This document shows, one piece after another, positions 56,029-64,000 of a stretch of DNA of 64,000 nucleotides. The notes under the pieces were generated by a model. That model was not told the DNA's origin, searched no databases, and saw nothing but the letters and a program-made list of their open reading frames with translations. The DNA is from a virus, in the IMG/VR virus record IMGVR_UViG_3300025645_000065. The stretch is one strand, 5' to 3'. Numbering within the stretch: position 1 is the first letter of the stretch; each line of letters starts with the position of its first letter. A program made the translations under genes and the position numbers.

Positions 56029-56244
56029 TTAGTCTACTATATCTTCCCATTCTACATCCTGTACTGCTCTTACAAAGAAGTACTGTCCGTGGTTGTCTGA
56101 CTTGAATACCTTCTCTGCATACCACATATCTCTAATGAAGTCTGTAGTCTCTTTATCGTAATCTCTCTCGGTAGGTATCGGGAGGGTCCGTACGATTTCG
56201 TACAGCCCTCCTTCAACTTCTATAGTTTTTCCAAGCCCAATCAT
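56029..56244 (-). CDS. Hypothetical small protein
   Basis: 71 aa ORF. Confidence 0.25.
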   Translation of the reverse strand: MIGLGKTIEVEGGLYEIVRTLPIPTERDYDKETTDFIRDMWYAEKVFKSDNHGQYFFVRAVQDVEWEDIVD

Positions 56245-56245
56245 C

Positions 56246-57853
56246 TTAGCCGTAGATTAAGTCTTGACTTTTCTCCTCTGGCTTGTCTGTAAGTTCGTCT
56301 GCTACGACTGCTTCGGTAAGCATTATCGTTCCTGCTACTGATGCTGCATTCTCTAATGCTGTTCTTGTTACTTTAAAAGGGTCTATAATACCTGCTTCTT
56401 TCATATTAACAATCTTTCTATCATGTACATGGTAGCTACTCCAAGGCCCTGCTTCTAAGACTTCTCCTAATACGGTTTCGATTTCCTCTCTCTCGTATCC
56501 TGCATTGCTTAGGATCTTAATAAATGGAGCTTGACAAGCTTCTTGAACAATCATTGCACCTGTTGAGGTTCCGGTTATGTTCATACTTGCATGTAGTAAT
56601 GTTGATCCTCCGCCAGGTACGATTCCTTGCTCGATTGCTGCTCTAGTAGCGTGTAATGAATCCTCTACCCGGTCTTTAGTCTCTTTCATTTCTATTTCAG
56701 AATTACCTCCTACGTGTATGATAGATACTCCTCCTGTAAACTTACCTAATCTTTCTTGAAGCTTTTCAGTCTCGAATGGAGTTTTTGCATTATCGATTTG
56801 AGATCTTAGTTCTGCTATTCTCTGATCGATTGCTTCTGGTGCTCCTTTGCCGTCTATAATGATAGTATTCTCTTTCATTATGTTAGCTTTTCTAGCTTGT
56901 CCGAACCATGCTCTATCTAGCCGAGTGAGCTTCATTCCCTTCTCAGGGCTAATTACTTGCCCGCCTGTTAGTATAGCTATGTCTTCCATTATTAACTTTC
57001 TCCTATCTCCAAAGTCAGGAGCCTTTACTGCAACTACTTTTAAAGTACCTCTCATCTTATTAACGATTAAGGTTGCAAGTGCTTCGTTGTCTATATCCTC
57101 ACATACAATTAATAAAGATTTATTCTCAGAAGATACTGATTCTAATACCGGTAGTAGTTCTTTAGCTTGAGATAGTTTACCGTCGTAGATTAATACGTAA
57201 GGTGAGTCTAGGACTGCTGACATATTACTGTTATCGTTTACGAAGTATGGAGACTTGTAACCTCTATCGAATTGAATGCCTTCTACAGTCTCTAAGTAAG
57301 TCTCTCCTGTTCTAGATTCTTCGATAGTTACAATACCGTCTCTACCTACTGCTTCGAGTGCAGATGTAATAAGGTTACCTACCATCTCATCGTTGTTAGC
57401 AGATACTGTAGCAACTTGCTTAAGCTGGTCTTCTGCTGTTATCTCTTCTGCAATGTTTGCTTTAATATAGGCTATAACTTCTTTAACTGCTTCATCTACT
57501 TCTCTTTTAATCTGTACTGCATTTCCTTTATTATCTAATGCGTTAAGACCTCCTCTAGTAATAGATTGCGCTAGTAGAGTAGAGGTTGTTGTTCCATCCC
57601 CTGCTGTGTTAGCGGTGTTGATTGCAGCCTGCTTAAGCATATCGATTGCTATTGATCTAACTGGATCTTTTAGCTCTATAACTTTTGCTACCGTTACACC
57701 ATCTTTAGTGGACCGTACTTCTCCGGTTTCATCTCTGTACACTACGTTCCGTCCGTTAGGCCCTAATGTGGAGGTTACTGCATTTGCCAGTAAGTCAATA
57801 CCTGCAAGCAGTTGCTTCCTAGCTTCGTTTGAATATTCTATGTGTTTGCTCAT
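56246..57853 (-). CDS. groL: Chaperonin GroEL (Cpn60)
   Basis: 535 aa, full-length similarity to GroEL (AAVEEGIVPGGG, GGG(S/T)). No GGM tail. Confidence 0.9.
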   Translation of the reverse strand: MSKHIEYSNEARKQLLAGIDLLANAVTSTLGPNGRNVVYRDETGEVRSTKDGVTVAKVIELKDPVRSIAIDMLKQAAINTANTAGDGTTTSTLLAQSITRGGLNALDNKGNAVQIKREVDEAVKEVIAYIKANIAEEITAEDQLKQVATVSANNDEMVGNLITSALEAVGRDGIVTIEESRTGETYLETVEGIQFDRGYKSPYFVNDNSNMSAVLDSPYVLIYDGKLSQAKELLPVLESVSSENKSLLIVCEDIDNEALATLIVNKMRGTLKVVAVKAPDFGDRRKLIMEDIAILTGGQVISPEKGMKLTRLDRAWFGQARKANIMKENTIIIDGKGAPEAIDQRIAELRSQIDNAKTPFETEKLQERLGKFTGGVSIIHVGGNSEIEMKETKDRVEDSLHATRAAIEQGIVPGGGSTLLHASMNITGTSTGAMIVQEACQAPFIKILSNAGYEREEIETVLGEVLEAGPWSSYHVHDRKIVNMKEAGIIDPFKVTRTALENAASVAGTIMLTEAVVADELTDKPEEKSQDLIYG

Positions 57854-57856
57854 TGT

Positions 57857-58185
57857 TTAGTCTTCTATTTGTGCTAATATTTGATTCTCCGGTCCGATGA
57901 AGTACTCTTCTCCTCTGTACTCGAATCTAGTGAATCCCATTGTTGGAAGTACTACCCGGTCTCCTTCTTTGAAAAGGGTAGCTACAAAGCCTACTCCTGG
58001 CATATTATTCCCAGGACCTACGCTTACTATTTCTCCCATTTTGTTTTTCTCGCTACCTAAATCCGGAATTCTCCCATTTTGTTTTTCTCGCTACCTAAAT
58101 CCGGAACAATAATGTTACCGTGGTATTCATCCTCTAGCTCTATCGGCTTTACGATAACTGCATTGTAAACTGCTTTTAGTTTCAT
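57857..58185 (-). pseudogene. groS: Co-chaperonin GroES interrupted by a perfect 38-bp tandem duplication (frameshift). ORF 57857..58039 is its C-terminal part.
   Basis: The N-terminal 41 codons starting at 58185 (MKLKAVYNAVIVKP...GSEKNKMGE) hit a stop inside the second repeat copy. Removing one copy gives a 96-aa GroES. Confidence 0.7.
58031..58106. repeat. Tandem direct duplication, 2 x 38 bp (58031-58068 and 58069-58106), identical
   Basis: Direct sequence comparison. Confidence 0.95.
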
Positions 58186-58466
58186 ACTAATTCTATTGAT
58201 TTTAATTTATTTATTGTTGTTGACATTTCTTCTATGTAGGTTTGCAAGCTCTCATAGTTTTGATCTCTGACTGAATCCTCTAATATTAACTCAAAGCATC
58301 GAGCTATATTATAAGTATATCCGAGAGCTACCTCTCGCATATTGCCTGTTTTTCTAGCTGCTGTAGCTTTAAATACTGTATAGCAGTACTGATCCATTTG
58401 GATATGGTACGGAGCTAATTTTGGATCTTTAATAACTTTGTAATTGGTTTTTTTCTTCTCACTCAT
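58182..58466 (-). CDS. Hypothetical protein
   Basis: 94 aa ORF. Confidence 0.3.
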   Translation of the reverse strand: MSEKKKTNYKVIKDPKLAPYHIQMDQYCYTVFKATAARKTGNMREVALGYTYNIARCFELILEDSVRDQNYESLQTYIEEMSTTINKLKSIELV

Positions 58467-58540
58467 ATAACTTTAAGATAGTACCTTTTTAGGTATTTTC
58501 CAACTCTATTATAAATAAAACCTCCGGGCGGGGGTTAAAT

Positions 58541-58957
58541 TTATTTAATTGTAAGGGTTGTTGGTTTACTTGATTCTGCGAAAGGAATATGTACCTGTAG
58601 AAGTCCGTTCTCCATCTCTGCTGATGCTTTTTGGAGATTAAATTTAGGTGCTATCTTATAGCCTAATTCGAAAGAACGTTTAGCGATTCCTTTATGGATG
58701 TAGTTCTTAGGTTCCTCTATAGGCGGTTTAGCGTATCTAAACTTAAGGATGTCTTCGTGAATGTCGATTTGAACATCTGACTTAGTGAGACCAGTACATG
58801 CTATTTCAAAATGCAAGCCTTCTGGATCTTCGTAGATGTCTAATGGATGTGTTGCTTTAGCCTCTGATGTAGGGCTGAATGTGGATGTGGTCTGAAAGAA
58901 ATCTCTAAATAAGATGTCAAACGGACCTGCGTAAGTGTAGTTTGTTTTGTTGTTCAT
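58541..58957 (-). CDS. Small heat-shock protein (Hsp20 / alpha-crystallin domain)
   Basis: 138 aa. The C-terminal segment GLLQVHIP matches an alpha-crystallin-domain beta strand pattern. Confidence 0.45.
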   Translation of the reverse strand: MNNKTNYTYAGPFDILFRDFFQTTSTFSPTSEAKATHPLDIYEDPEGLHFEIACTGLTKSDVQIDIHEDILKFRYAKPPIEEPKNYIHKGIAKRSFELGYKIAPKFNLQKASAEMENGLLQVHIPFAESSKPTTLTIK

Positions 58958-59019
58958 AATGTTTAATCTTCTAAAATGATTACTAAATTGCCCGGAGGTC
59001 TATTATACATATGTTAGTT

Positions 59020-59439
59020 TTAAAGTTCTTCTATTCCATCGTTCCAATTACTCAATACAAATGATAGATCAAGTCCTGTTATGTGAGTTTTATCTTCATT
59101 ACACCATGCTCTTGCTTCAAAACCACCACATCCGTGCATGATGGTTGCTTCATGGGTTGTTTCTTTATATTCTCCTAAACGAGATTTAGCAGCATCTCTA
59201 AGTAATCTTTCACCTTCCTCTTTAAGCATTTCAACTGTAACGTATTCACCCCTCCATTCCCATCGTAAATAATCCATTGTCATTTGAATTTTTTCCCAAT
59301 CCATATTTTCCATAATATCATCAATCATTTCATTGACTGGATCTGAGTATGGTTTTTTAATAGGTTGAGGTGGATTCATTTTATTAAGCAGTGTTTGAAG
59401 TTGCTCTAACTCTTGTGTGTTTAAATTCTGTATATTCAT
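59020..59439 (-). CDS. Hypothetical protein
   Basis: 139 aa ORF. Confidence 0.3.
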   Translation of the reverse strand: MNIQNLNTQELEQLQTLLNKMNPPQPIKKPYSDPVNEMIDDIMENMDWEKIQMTMDYLRWEWRGEYVTVEMLKEEGERLLRDAAKSRLGEYKETTHEATIMHGCGGFEARAWCNEDKTHITGLDLSFVLSNWNDGIEEL

Positions 59440-59440
59440 A

Positions 59441-59830
59441 TTATTTATTTTTAGCTATTTCTATTAATTTTTTAAGACATTCAAGTTCTGCTTCTTCGTG
59501 CGAATCATAAAACTCAGAGGTGTAAGACTTTTCATCGAATTTTTCAATGTAGAATCTATACTTATCTTTTTTTACCTCTCTAACGTATTGTGTATACCCA
59601 TGCTTCTTTCTAAACCATCCAAATGCTTGTTGGTATAGTGGTGCTTCTATTACAGGAATATTTGTTGAATTATAAACAATATCATTAGATATAAATAAAG
59701 TACTTGCTAAATAATAACCAAAACAAGTTTCATCAAATCCTAATTCTTTTAAATCTAATGCTTGTTCGTAAGGTATAAATTCTTTTTCCATAGTTATTTT
59801 TTTACAATTAATATTAGTTTCTTTAAACAT
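59441..59830 (-). CDS. Hypothetical protein, paralog of 59794..60183
   Basis: Shares EKEFIPY.QAL.LKELGFDETCF, PLYQQAF.WFR.KHG and EEAELECLKKLI with its neighbour. Confidence 0.35.
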   Translation of the reverse strand: MFKETNINCKKITMEKEFIPYEQALDLKELGFDETCFGYYLASTLFISNDIVYNSTNIPVIEAPLYQQAFGWFRKKHGYTQYVREVKKDKYRFYIEKFDEKSYTSEFYDSHEEAELECLKKLIEIAKNK

Positions 59831-60183
59831 TCAAGTTCTGCTTCTTCATAAATTCCATTGTATTTTAAAGGTTCATTTCCAAGTTGTCTATTTCCTTTAT
59901 CATTAAAAACTTGATAAGAAAATTCTTGTGTGCCAATTTCAATTAAACCACTTAATCCATGCTTCTCTCTAAACCATCTAAATGCTTGTTGGTACAGTGG
60001 TGATTCACATTCAAAAGTAACATCATCACCAGCACTTTCAGCTTCTTCGATTTCAGATTCACCTATTTGCATAAAAGGTGTGTTACCATCTTGTTGATAG
60101 TATTTAGCAAAACAAGTTTCATCAAATCCTAATTCTTTTAAAGACAAAGCTTGGTTGTATGGTATAAATTCTTTTTCTGTCAT
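59794..60183 (-). CDS. Hypothetical protein, paralog of 59441..59830
   Basis: Shares the same three motifs. Confidence 0.35.
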   Translation of the reverse strand: MTEKEFIPYNQALSLKELGFDETCFAKYYQQDGNTPFMQIGESEIEEAESAGDDVTFECESPLYQQAFRWFREKHGLSGLIEIGTQEFSYQVFNDKGNRQLGNEPLKYNGIYEEAELECLKKLILIVKK

Positions 60184-60184
60184 A

Positions 60185-60577
60185 TTATTTATTTTCTATT
60201 AATTCAATTTTAATACTCCCTAAATTACCACTAGGTAAGGAAGGTGAAGAATATACATTATTCCAATCGTTATCTATTGCTAATTGATGTAATATCGTTC
60301 TATAGATTTGGTAAGTATTACCTATAAACTCGGTACCATCATACCCTTTACTTGCATTATCCGACATGTCCGGTAAAAGTATTCTTTTAACCTGTTTTAA
60401 TAACTCTTCAACTTCTCTACGTCTTTTCATCTGTTCTTCAAATGGTAAACCACGTAACATTTGTTCAATTGTATATCTCATCTCATACTGACCCGCTGCA
60501 AACCTTGATACGTCATCAAGGCATGAAGAGATTAATCTCATTTGATCCTCTGAAACTTCTATTTTATATCTTTTCAT
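60185..60577 (-). CDS. Hypothetical protein
   Basis: 130 aa ORF. Confidence 0.3.
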   Translation of the reverse strand: MKRYKIEVSEDQMRLISSCLDDVSRFAAGQYEMRYTIEQMLRGLPFEEQMKRRREVEELLKQVKRILLPDMSDNASKGYDGTEFIGNTYQIYRTILHQLAIDNDWNNVYSSPSLPSGNLGSIKIELIENK

Positions 60578-60776
60578 TTTTCTTTAATTTGTCAATAAGC
60601 TCTTCTATCTGTAATTTAATTTTGATTAGTTCAATTTCATTAACTAACGAAACTAAATACCACATCATTCCTATAAGAGCCCATGTAAAATCTCCACCTC
60701 TAGATAATTCTAATCCAATTTTACTAATAAATGCAATAAATGCAATTACATACGTTAATTTGTTTATTTTTTTCAT
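60564..60776 (-). CDS. Small membrane protein
   Basis: 70 aa with two transmembrane helices. Confidence 0.3.
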   Translation of the reverse strand: MKKINKLTYVIAFIAFISKIGLELSRGGDFTWALIGMMWYLVSLVNEIELIKIKLQIEELIDKLKKNEKI

Positions 60777-60803
60777 TTTCTATAACTCTTATTCTTATTA
60801 CCT

Positions 60804-60850
60804 TATACCTAAAGATACGAAAAAAGGCTTACCGAAGCAAGCCTTTTTTT
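60804..60850 (-). promoter_or_regulatory. Motif-1 copy plus a terminator hairpin (aaaaaaggcttaccgaagcaagccttttttt), upstream of the small membrane gene and downstream of the DNA polymerase gene
   Basis: Direct sequence inspection. Confidence 0.45.
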
Positions 60851-60855
60851 ATTTT

Positions 60856-63198
60856 CTAATGAGCTTCAGCAAGATTTCTTCCTATTTCTGGAGGCGCTTT
60901 TAATGTTACGCCTTGCATCTTGGTTGTATTCTCCATCAAGTCTTGTATCCATGGCATACATTCTTTTGCCTTATCAGCAGGTACTCTCATTACTAACTGG
61001 TCATGTATCTGTGCTACTACTACTCCGTCTATCCCTAGTTCTTTAAACCTTCTATTAATTACTAGTGCTGCTCTGTTTACTACCGATGCTGCTAGACTCT
61101 GGAGCTGGTAGTTAAGCACGTTATTGAGAGCATTCTTATAGTCTCTATACCACTGCAGTACTTGATCTTTCCCGTAGTCTCTCTCTAAGTCTTTCCTAGC
61201 TTTCCAGTCCATAATAGACTCCCCAAAGACGTCGTACACTGCTTTACCTTTATCTAAATGCCGAATACGTCCTACTTCATTTCTAATAAACCCATCTTTT
61301 TTAAACTTTGCTCTAGAGTCATCAATCCATTTAGCAACCCCTGGAAACCCTGTTAAGTAACCTTCGTGAAGTCTTTTTCCTTCTTCTTGAGAAACTCCAA
61401 GAGACATTGCTAATGCATATGCTGACATTCCGTATGCTATTCCTAAGGAGTATCCTTTAGCTGTATTTCTCTTCGTAGGGTCTAGCTTTTTTAAGAAGTT
61501 TGGAGCTTTAGTATCTGCTGATACTCCGTTCGGGTATTTTTCTACGTCCTCGTTTAGCTTTTCGGTTCGTATTGCTACTGTTGAATAGAAATCGTGTTCT
61601 TTATTAAAGATCTCTTGAAGTGCTTTATCGTCAGATACAGACGCAAACAGGTGAGGTTCTAGTGAAGTGTAATCGCTATCGATAAACACCGTACCTGGAT
61701 CTGATATGAAGAATGCTCTCACTGTATTAGTATAGTGTACTATAATTGGATCTGCCTCTCCTTCTTCTTTCGGCTTAGGAAGCTGTTGTAAATCTGATCC
61801 ATACCTTCCTGACACTGTTCCGTTTTGTTTAAAGTATGGGTAGAATCTTCCGTCTTCAGCAGCGTGGTAGAATCTATCGATGTAGGTTGATTTAATCTTA
61901 AGGAGTTTGTTACAGAGTCTTAAGTTCTTACACCATTCGTATTTATCCGATAAGGCTTGAATCACGTCGTCATCGAACTGTGCTTGTCCTTTACCGGTCT
62001 TAGATAGAGGCTTCTCTTTTAAGTAATTAAAAGCTATCTCTGCTAATTGCTTTTTAGATTGAATATTGATAAGCACTCCATCGTTTGCATCCTTCCATAG
62101 TTTCATTGATACCCTAACTACTACTTCCTCCTCCAGGTGATCTAAGTCTCCAGTCAGGAGGTACTCTCTAACAGGATGAGTATCCATTGCTAATACGTTA
62201 GCTTGTTTTAAGGAGTATCCTCTTGCTGTCTTAGGTACAGGAAGTCCGTACAGCTCTACCAAGGCAGAAGCCCATTTGCCTTTTGCAGAAGGAGGGAATG
62301 CTTTTAATGCCGAATCCATAACCCACTCTTTAACAGGCCGTAATTTTAAGAGCTCTGTCATAACTGCATCTTTATACTTAACTTGATCGGCCATGATATC
62401 GTCTCTAGTCTTTTCTATCAAAGGGATATCTAGGGCTATCCCCTCTATCTCCATTGGAATAGTAACCTCTCTATACAACGGCATTACCTCATCTTCAAAA
62501 AAGAATTTCTCTAACCCTTCAGCTTCTAAAACCTTTAAGAAATGGTTGCAGATTCTTAAAGTTAAATCCGTATCTGCAGCTGCGTATTTCGAAAGTATAT
62601 CAATATCTGCTTTATAAATCTCAAAGTTAACTCTAGTAGTAACTCCTCCATTCTCTTTTATAGAAGCTTTTAGTTCTAGTTGTTCTTGATTGGCAGCTTC
62701 CTTTACATCTAATCCGATCTCGTCCTGGATCATAATAGCAATAGATTTCAACCCGAATGGATTACCGAATCCGAATGCTCCTTCTTCTTTTACTGTATGA
62801 ACTAGTAGTGCTGTATCTACCCATAGACTAGGAAGTAGGTCTACTCCGTAGAAGTTCTTAGTGTATCGAGCATCGAAAGAAGCATTATGCATTATAAGCT
62901 TCTTACCTACTAACATTGCAATTAGTTTTTTTGCTATGTTATGACAACTAGTGCCTTCAATAGTACATTCCTTTAACTCTTCAGCATCTTTATCCCAATA
63001 CATAGTAGGGAGGTAGAAGCCCATACCTTCATCTCCTGATACTGAGAATCCTATTATCTTCCCTTTCCTAGGATTAAGACTAGTAGTCTCTGTATCGTAT
63101 GCTAGGATTGGACTTTCTTGGATGTGTTGGAATAGTAACTGAAGAGTCTCTTTAGAATCGACTTTGTAGTATTTTTTTTCTATAACCTGTTTAATCAT
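60856..63198 (-). CDS. DNA polymerase I (family A) with a 3'-5' exonuclease domain
   Basis: 780 aa. Exo I motif YDTETTSL, pol motif A DSDYTSLEPHL, motif B RNTAKGYSLGIAYGMSAYAL, motif C VAQIHDQLV. Confidence 0.85.
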   Translation of the reverse strand: MIKQVIEKKYYKVDSKETLQLLFQHIQESPILAYDTETTSLNPRKGKIIGFSVSGDEGMGFYLPTMYWDKDAEELKECTIEGTSCHNIAKKLIAMLVGKKLIMHNASFDARYTKNFYGVDLLPSLWVDTALLVHTVKEEGAFGFGNPFGLKSIAIMIQDEIGLDVKEAANQEQLELKASIKENGGVTTRVNFEIYKADIDILSKYAAADTDLTLRICNHFLKVLEAEGLEKFFFEDEVMPLYREVTIPMEIEGIALDIPLIEKTRDDIMADQVKYKDAVMTELLKLRPVKEWVMDSALKAFPPSAKGKWASALVELYGLPVPKTARGYSLKQANVLAMDTHPVREYLLTGDLDHLEEEVVVRVSMKLWKDANDGVLINIQSKKQLAEIAFNYLKEKPLSKTGKGQAQFDDDVIQALSDKYEWCKNLRLCNKLLKIKSTYIDRFYHAAEDGRFYPYFKQNGTVSGRYGSDLQQLPKPKEEGEADPIIVHYTNTVRAFFISDPGTVFIDSDYTSLEPHLFASVSDDKALQEIFNKEHDFYSTVAIRTEKLNEDVEKYPNGVSADTKAPNFLKKLDPTKRNTAKGYSLGIAYGMSAYALAMSLGVSQEEGKRLHEGYLTGFPGVAKWIDDSRAKFKKDGFIRNEVGRIRHLDKGKAVYDVFGESIMDWKARKDLERDYGKDQVLQWYRDYKNALNNVLNYQLQSLAASVVNRAALVINRRFKELGIDGVVVAQIHDQLVMRVPADKAKECMPWIQDLMENTTKMQGVTLKAPPEIGRNLAEAH

Positions 63199-63205
63199 AC
63201 TTTAT

Positions 63206-63255
63206 TATAACATAAAGATACGAAAAAAGGCCTGCCGAAGCAAGCCTTTTCTTAT
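63206..63255 (-). promoter_or_regulatory. Motif-1 variant plus a terminator hairpin (aaaaaaggcctgccgaagcaagccttttc), upstream of the DNA polymerase gene
   Basis: Direct sequence inspection. Confidence 0.4.
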
Positions 63256-63280
63256 TTATTTATTTAGAGTTCAGTCCATA

Positions 63281-63940
63281 TTATTTTCTGTATTCTGCTA
63301 TTAATGCATCCGCTCTCTTGACAGCTTCTTCTAAACCTAAAGCATTATCCCCAGGTGTTCCTAAGTCCCCTCCTTCGTATTCTTCATCAGCTCCATGAGC
63401 TATTTTATTATCAAACTCAGTGTAGGCATCTTGTATACTTTGAAGTTCCGGTAGAGCATTTCCTTCATAGTTTTGCTCTAGCCAATGCCCCATTTCTACC
63501 AGTCCTGAATTAATTTTTCCGGTTATTCTATCGTAGTCTTCAGGTAGTACCTTATTCGTCATACTGTAAGGAGCTTCGTTTAGCTCTTCATTAAACATAT
63601 CCGTCATACTGTAAGGAGCTTCGTTTAGCTCTTCACTAAACATATCCTGTATATGGTTTGCAGCTAGTTCTGCTGCTTCGTCTAGTGAGATTCCTGCTGT
63701 ATGTGCTATGTTTTTAACTACCCGCTCTAAGTCCTCTAAAGCTGCATCCATGAATCTATCCTCAGTGACATTTCCTTCCATAGTAGTTACTTTAGCACCT
63801 GCTTTTTCAAGATTAGCCTTATCTGCAGGAGATACTACTTGTGCAGCAGATGTTCCAGATGGGCCGGTTACTTTACTTAAAGTTCCTACCTCTTTTAACA
63901 TTGCCTGGCGTATAACTTCTTTTAGTTCTGCTCTTTTCAT
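63281..63940 (-). CDS. Hypothetical protein with an in-frame 15-aa tandem duplication
   Basis: 219 aa with MFSEELNEAPYSMTD followed by MFNEELNEAPYSMTN. Confidence 0.35.
   Translation of the reverse strand: MKRAELKEVIRQAMLKEVGTLSKVTGPSGTSAAQVVSPADKANLEKAGAKVTTMEGNVTEDRFMDAALEDLERVVKNIAHTAGISLDEAAELAANHIQDMFSEELNEAPYSMTDMFNEELNEAPYSMTNKVLPEDYDRITGKINSGLVEMGHWLEQNYEGNALPELQSIQDAYTEFDNKIAHGADEEYEGGDLGTPGDNALGLEEAVKRADALIAEYRK
63557..63646. repeat. Tandem duplication, 2 x 45 bp, 1 mismatch, in frame
   Basis: Direct sequence comparison. Confidence 0.9.
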
Positions 63941-64000
63941 TATTTACGTATTGTATATGTTATAAATATGGTACTATTGCGCTTTCGCCCATGCTGTTGT

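Noticed and set aside
56246-57853. Intein or other insertion in GroEL or in the DNA polymerase
   Set aside because: Both proteins are collinear with their families at normal lengths, 535 and 780 aa, with no extra internal block.

Overview
This reads as a 64-kb segment of a large virulent dsDNA phage genome. The whole window is AT-rich and almost every gene is on the minus strand. A recurring intergenic motif contains a TAnnTTTA element that fits a Bacteroidetes-type -7 promoter box, so a Flavobacteriia-type host is a tentative inference only. Gene order, reading the minus strand from high to low coordinates, is: DNA polymerase I; Hsp20; GroES/GroEL; an HNH homing endonuclease; a RecB/Cas4-like nuclease; a ~7.5-kb glycosyltransferase/methyltransferase island; lysis and small genes; GTP cyclohydrolase I (FolE); a 2.9-kb array of tRNA and tRNA-like genes; a formyltransferase; an expanded family of small YD-repeat proteins with a metallophosphatase and an SPFH protein; families of small proteins with conserved N-termini; a ~1-kb non-coding region with iteron-like repeats; a possible DpdA/TGT-like transglycosylase; an HD hydrolase; a sigma-like factor; and a baseplate/tail-fibre module. 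Four things stand out. First, about 11 tRNA-like genes share one near-identical tRNA-Leu-like acceptor/D/T scaffold but carry hypervariable 40-90-nt cores, next to a canonical tRNA-Gln and an initiator tRNA-fMet. Second, three near-perfect tandem duplications of 143, 106 and 38 bp, none a multiple of 3, each split a gene: the tail fibre, an unknown gene and GroES. Third, two conserved intergenic promoter-like motifs recur, one fused to terminator hairpins at 14 or more sites. Fourth, there are multi-copy protein families with conserved leader peptides. All protein calls come from motif reading by eye and no database search was possible.
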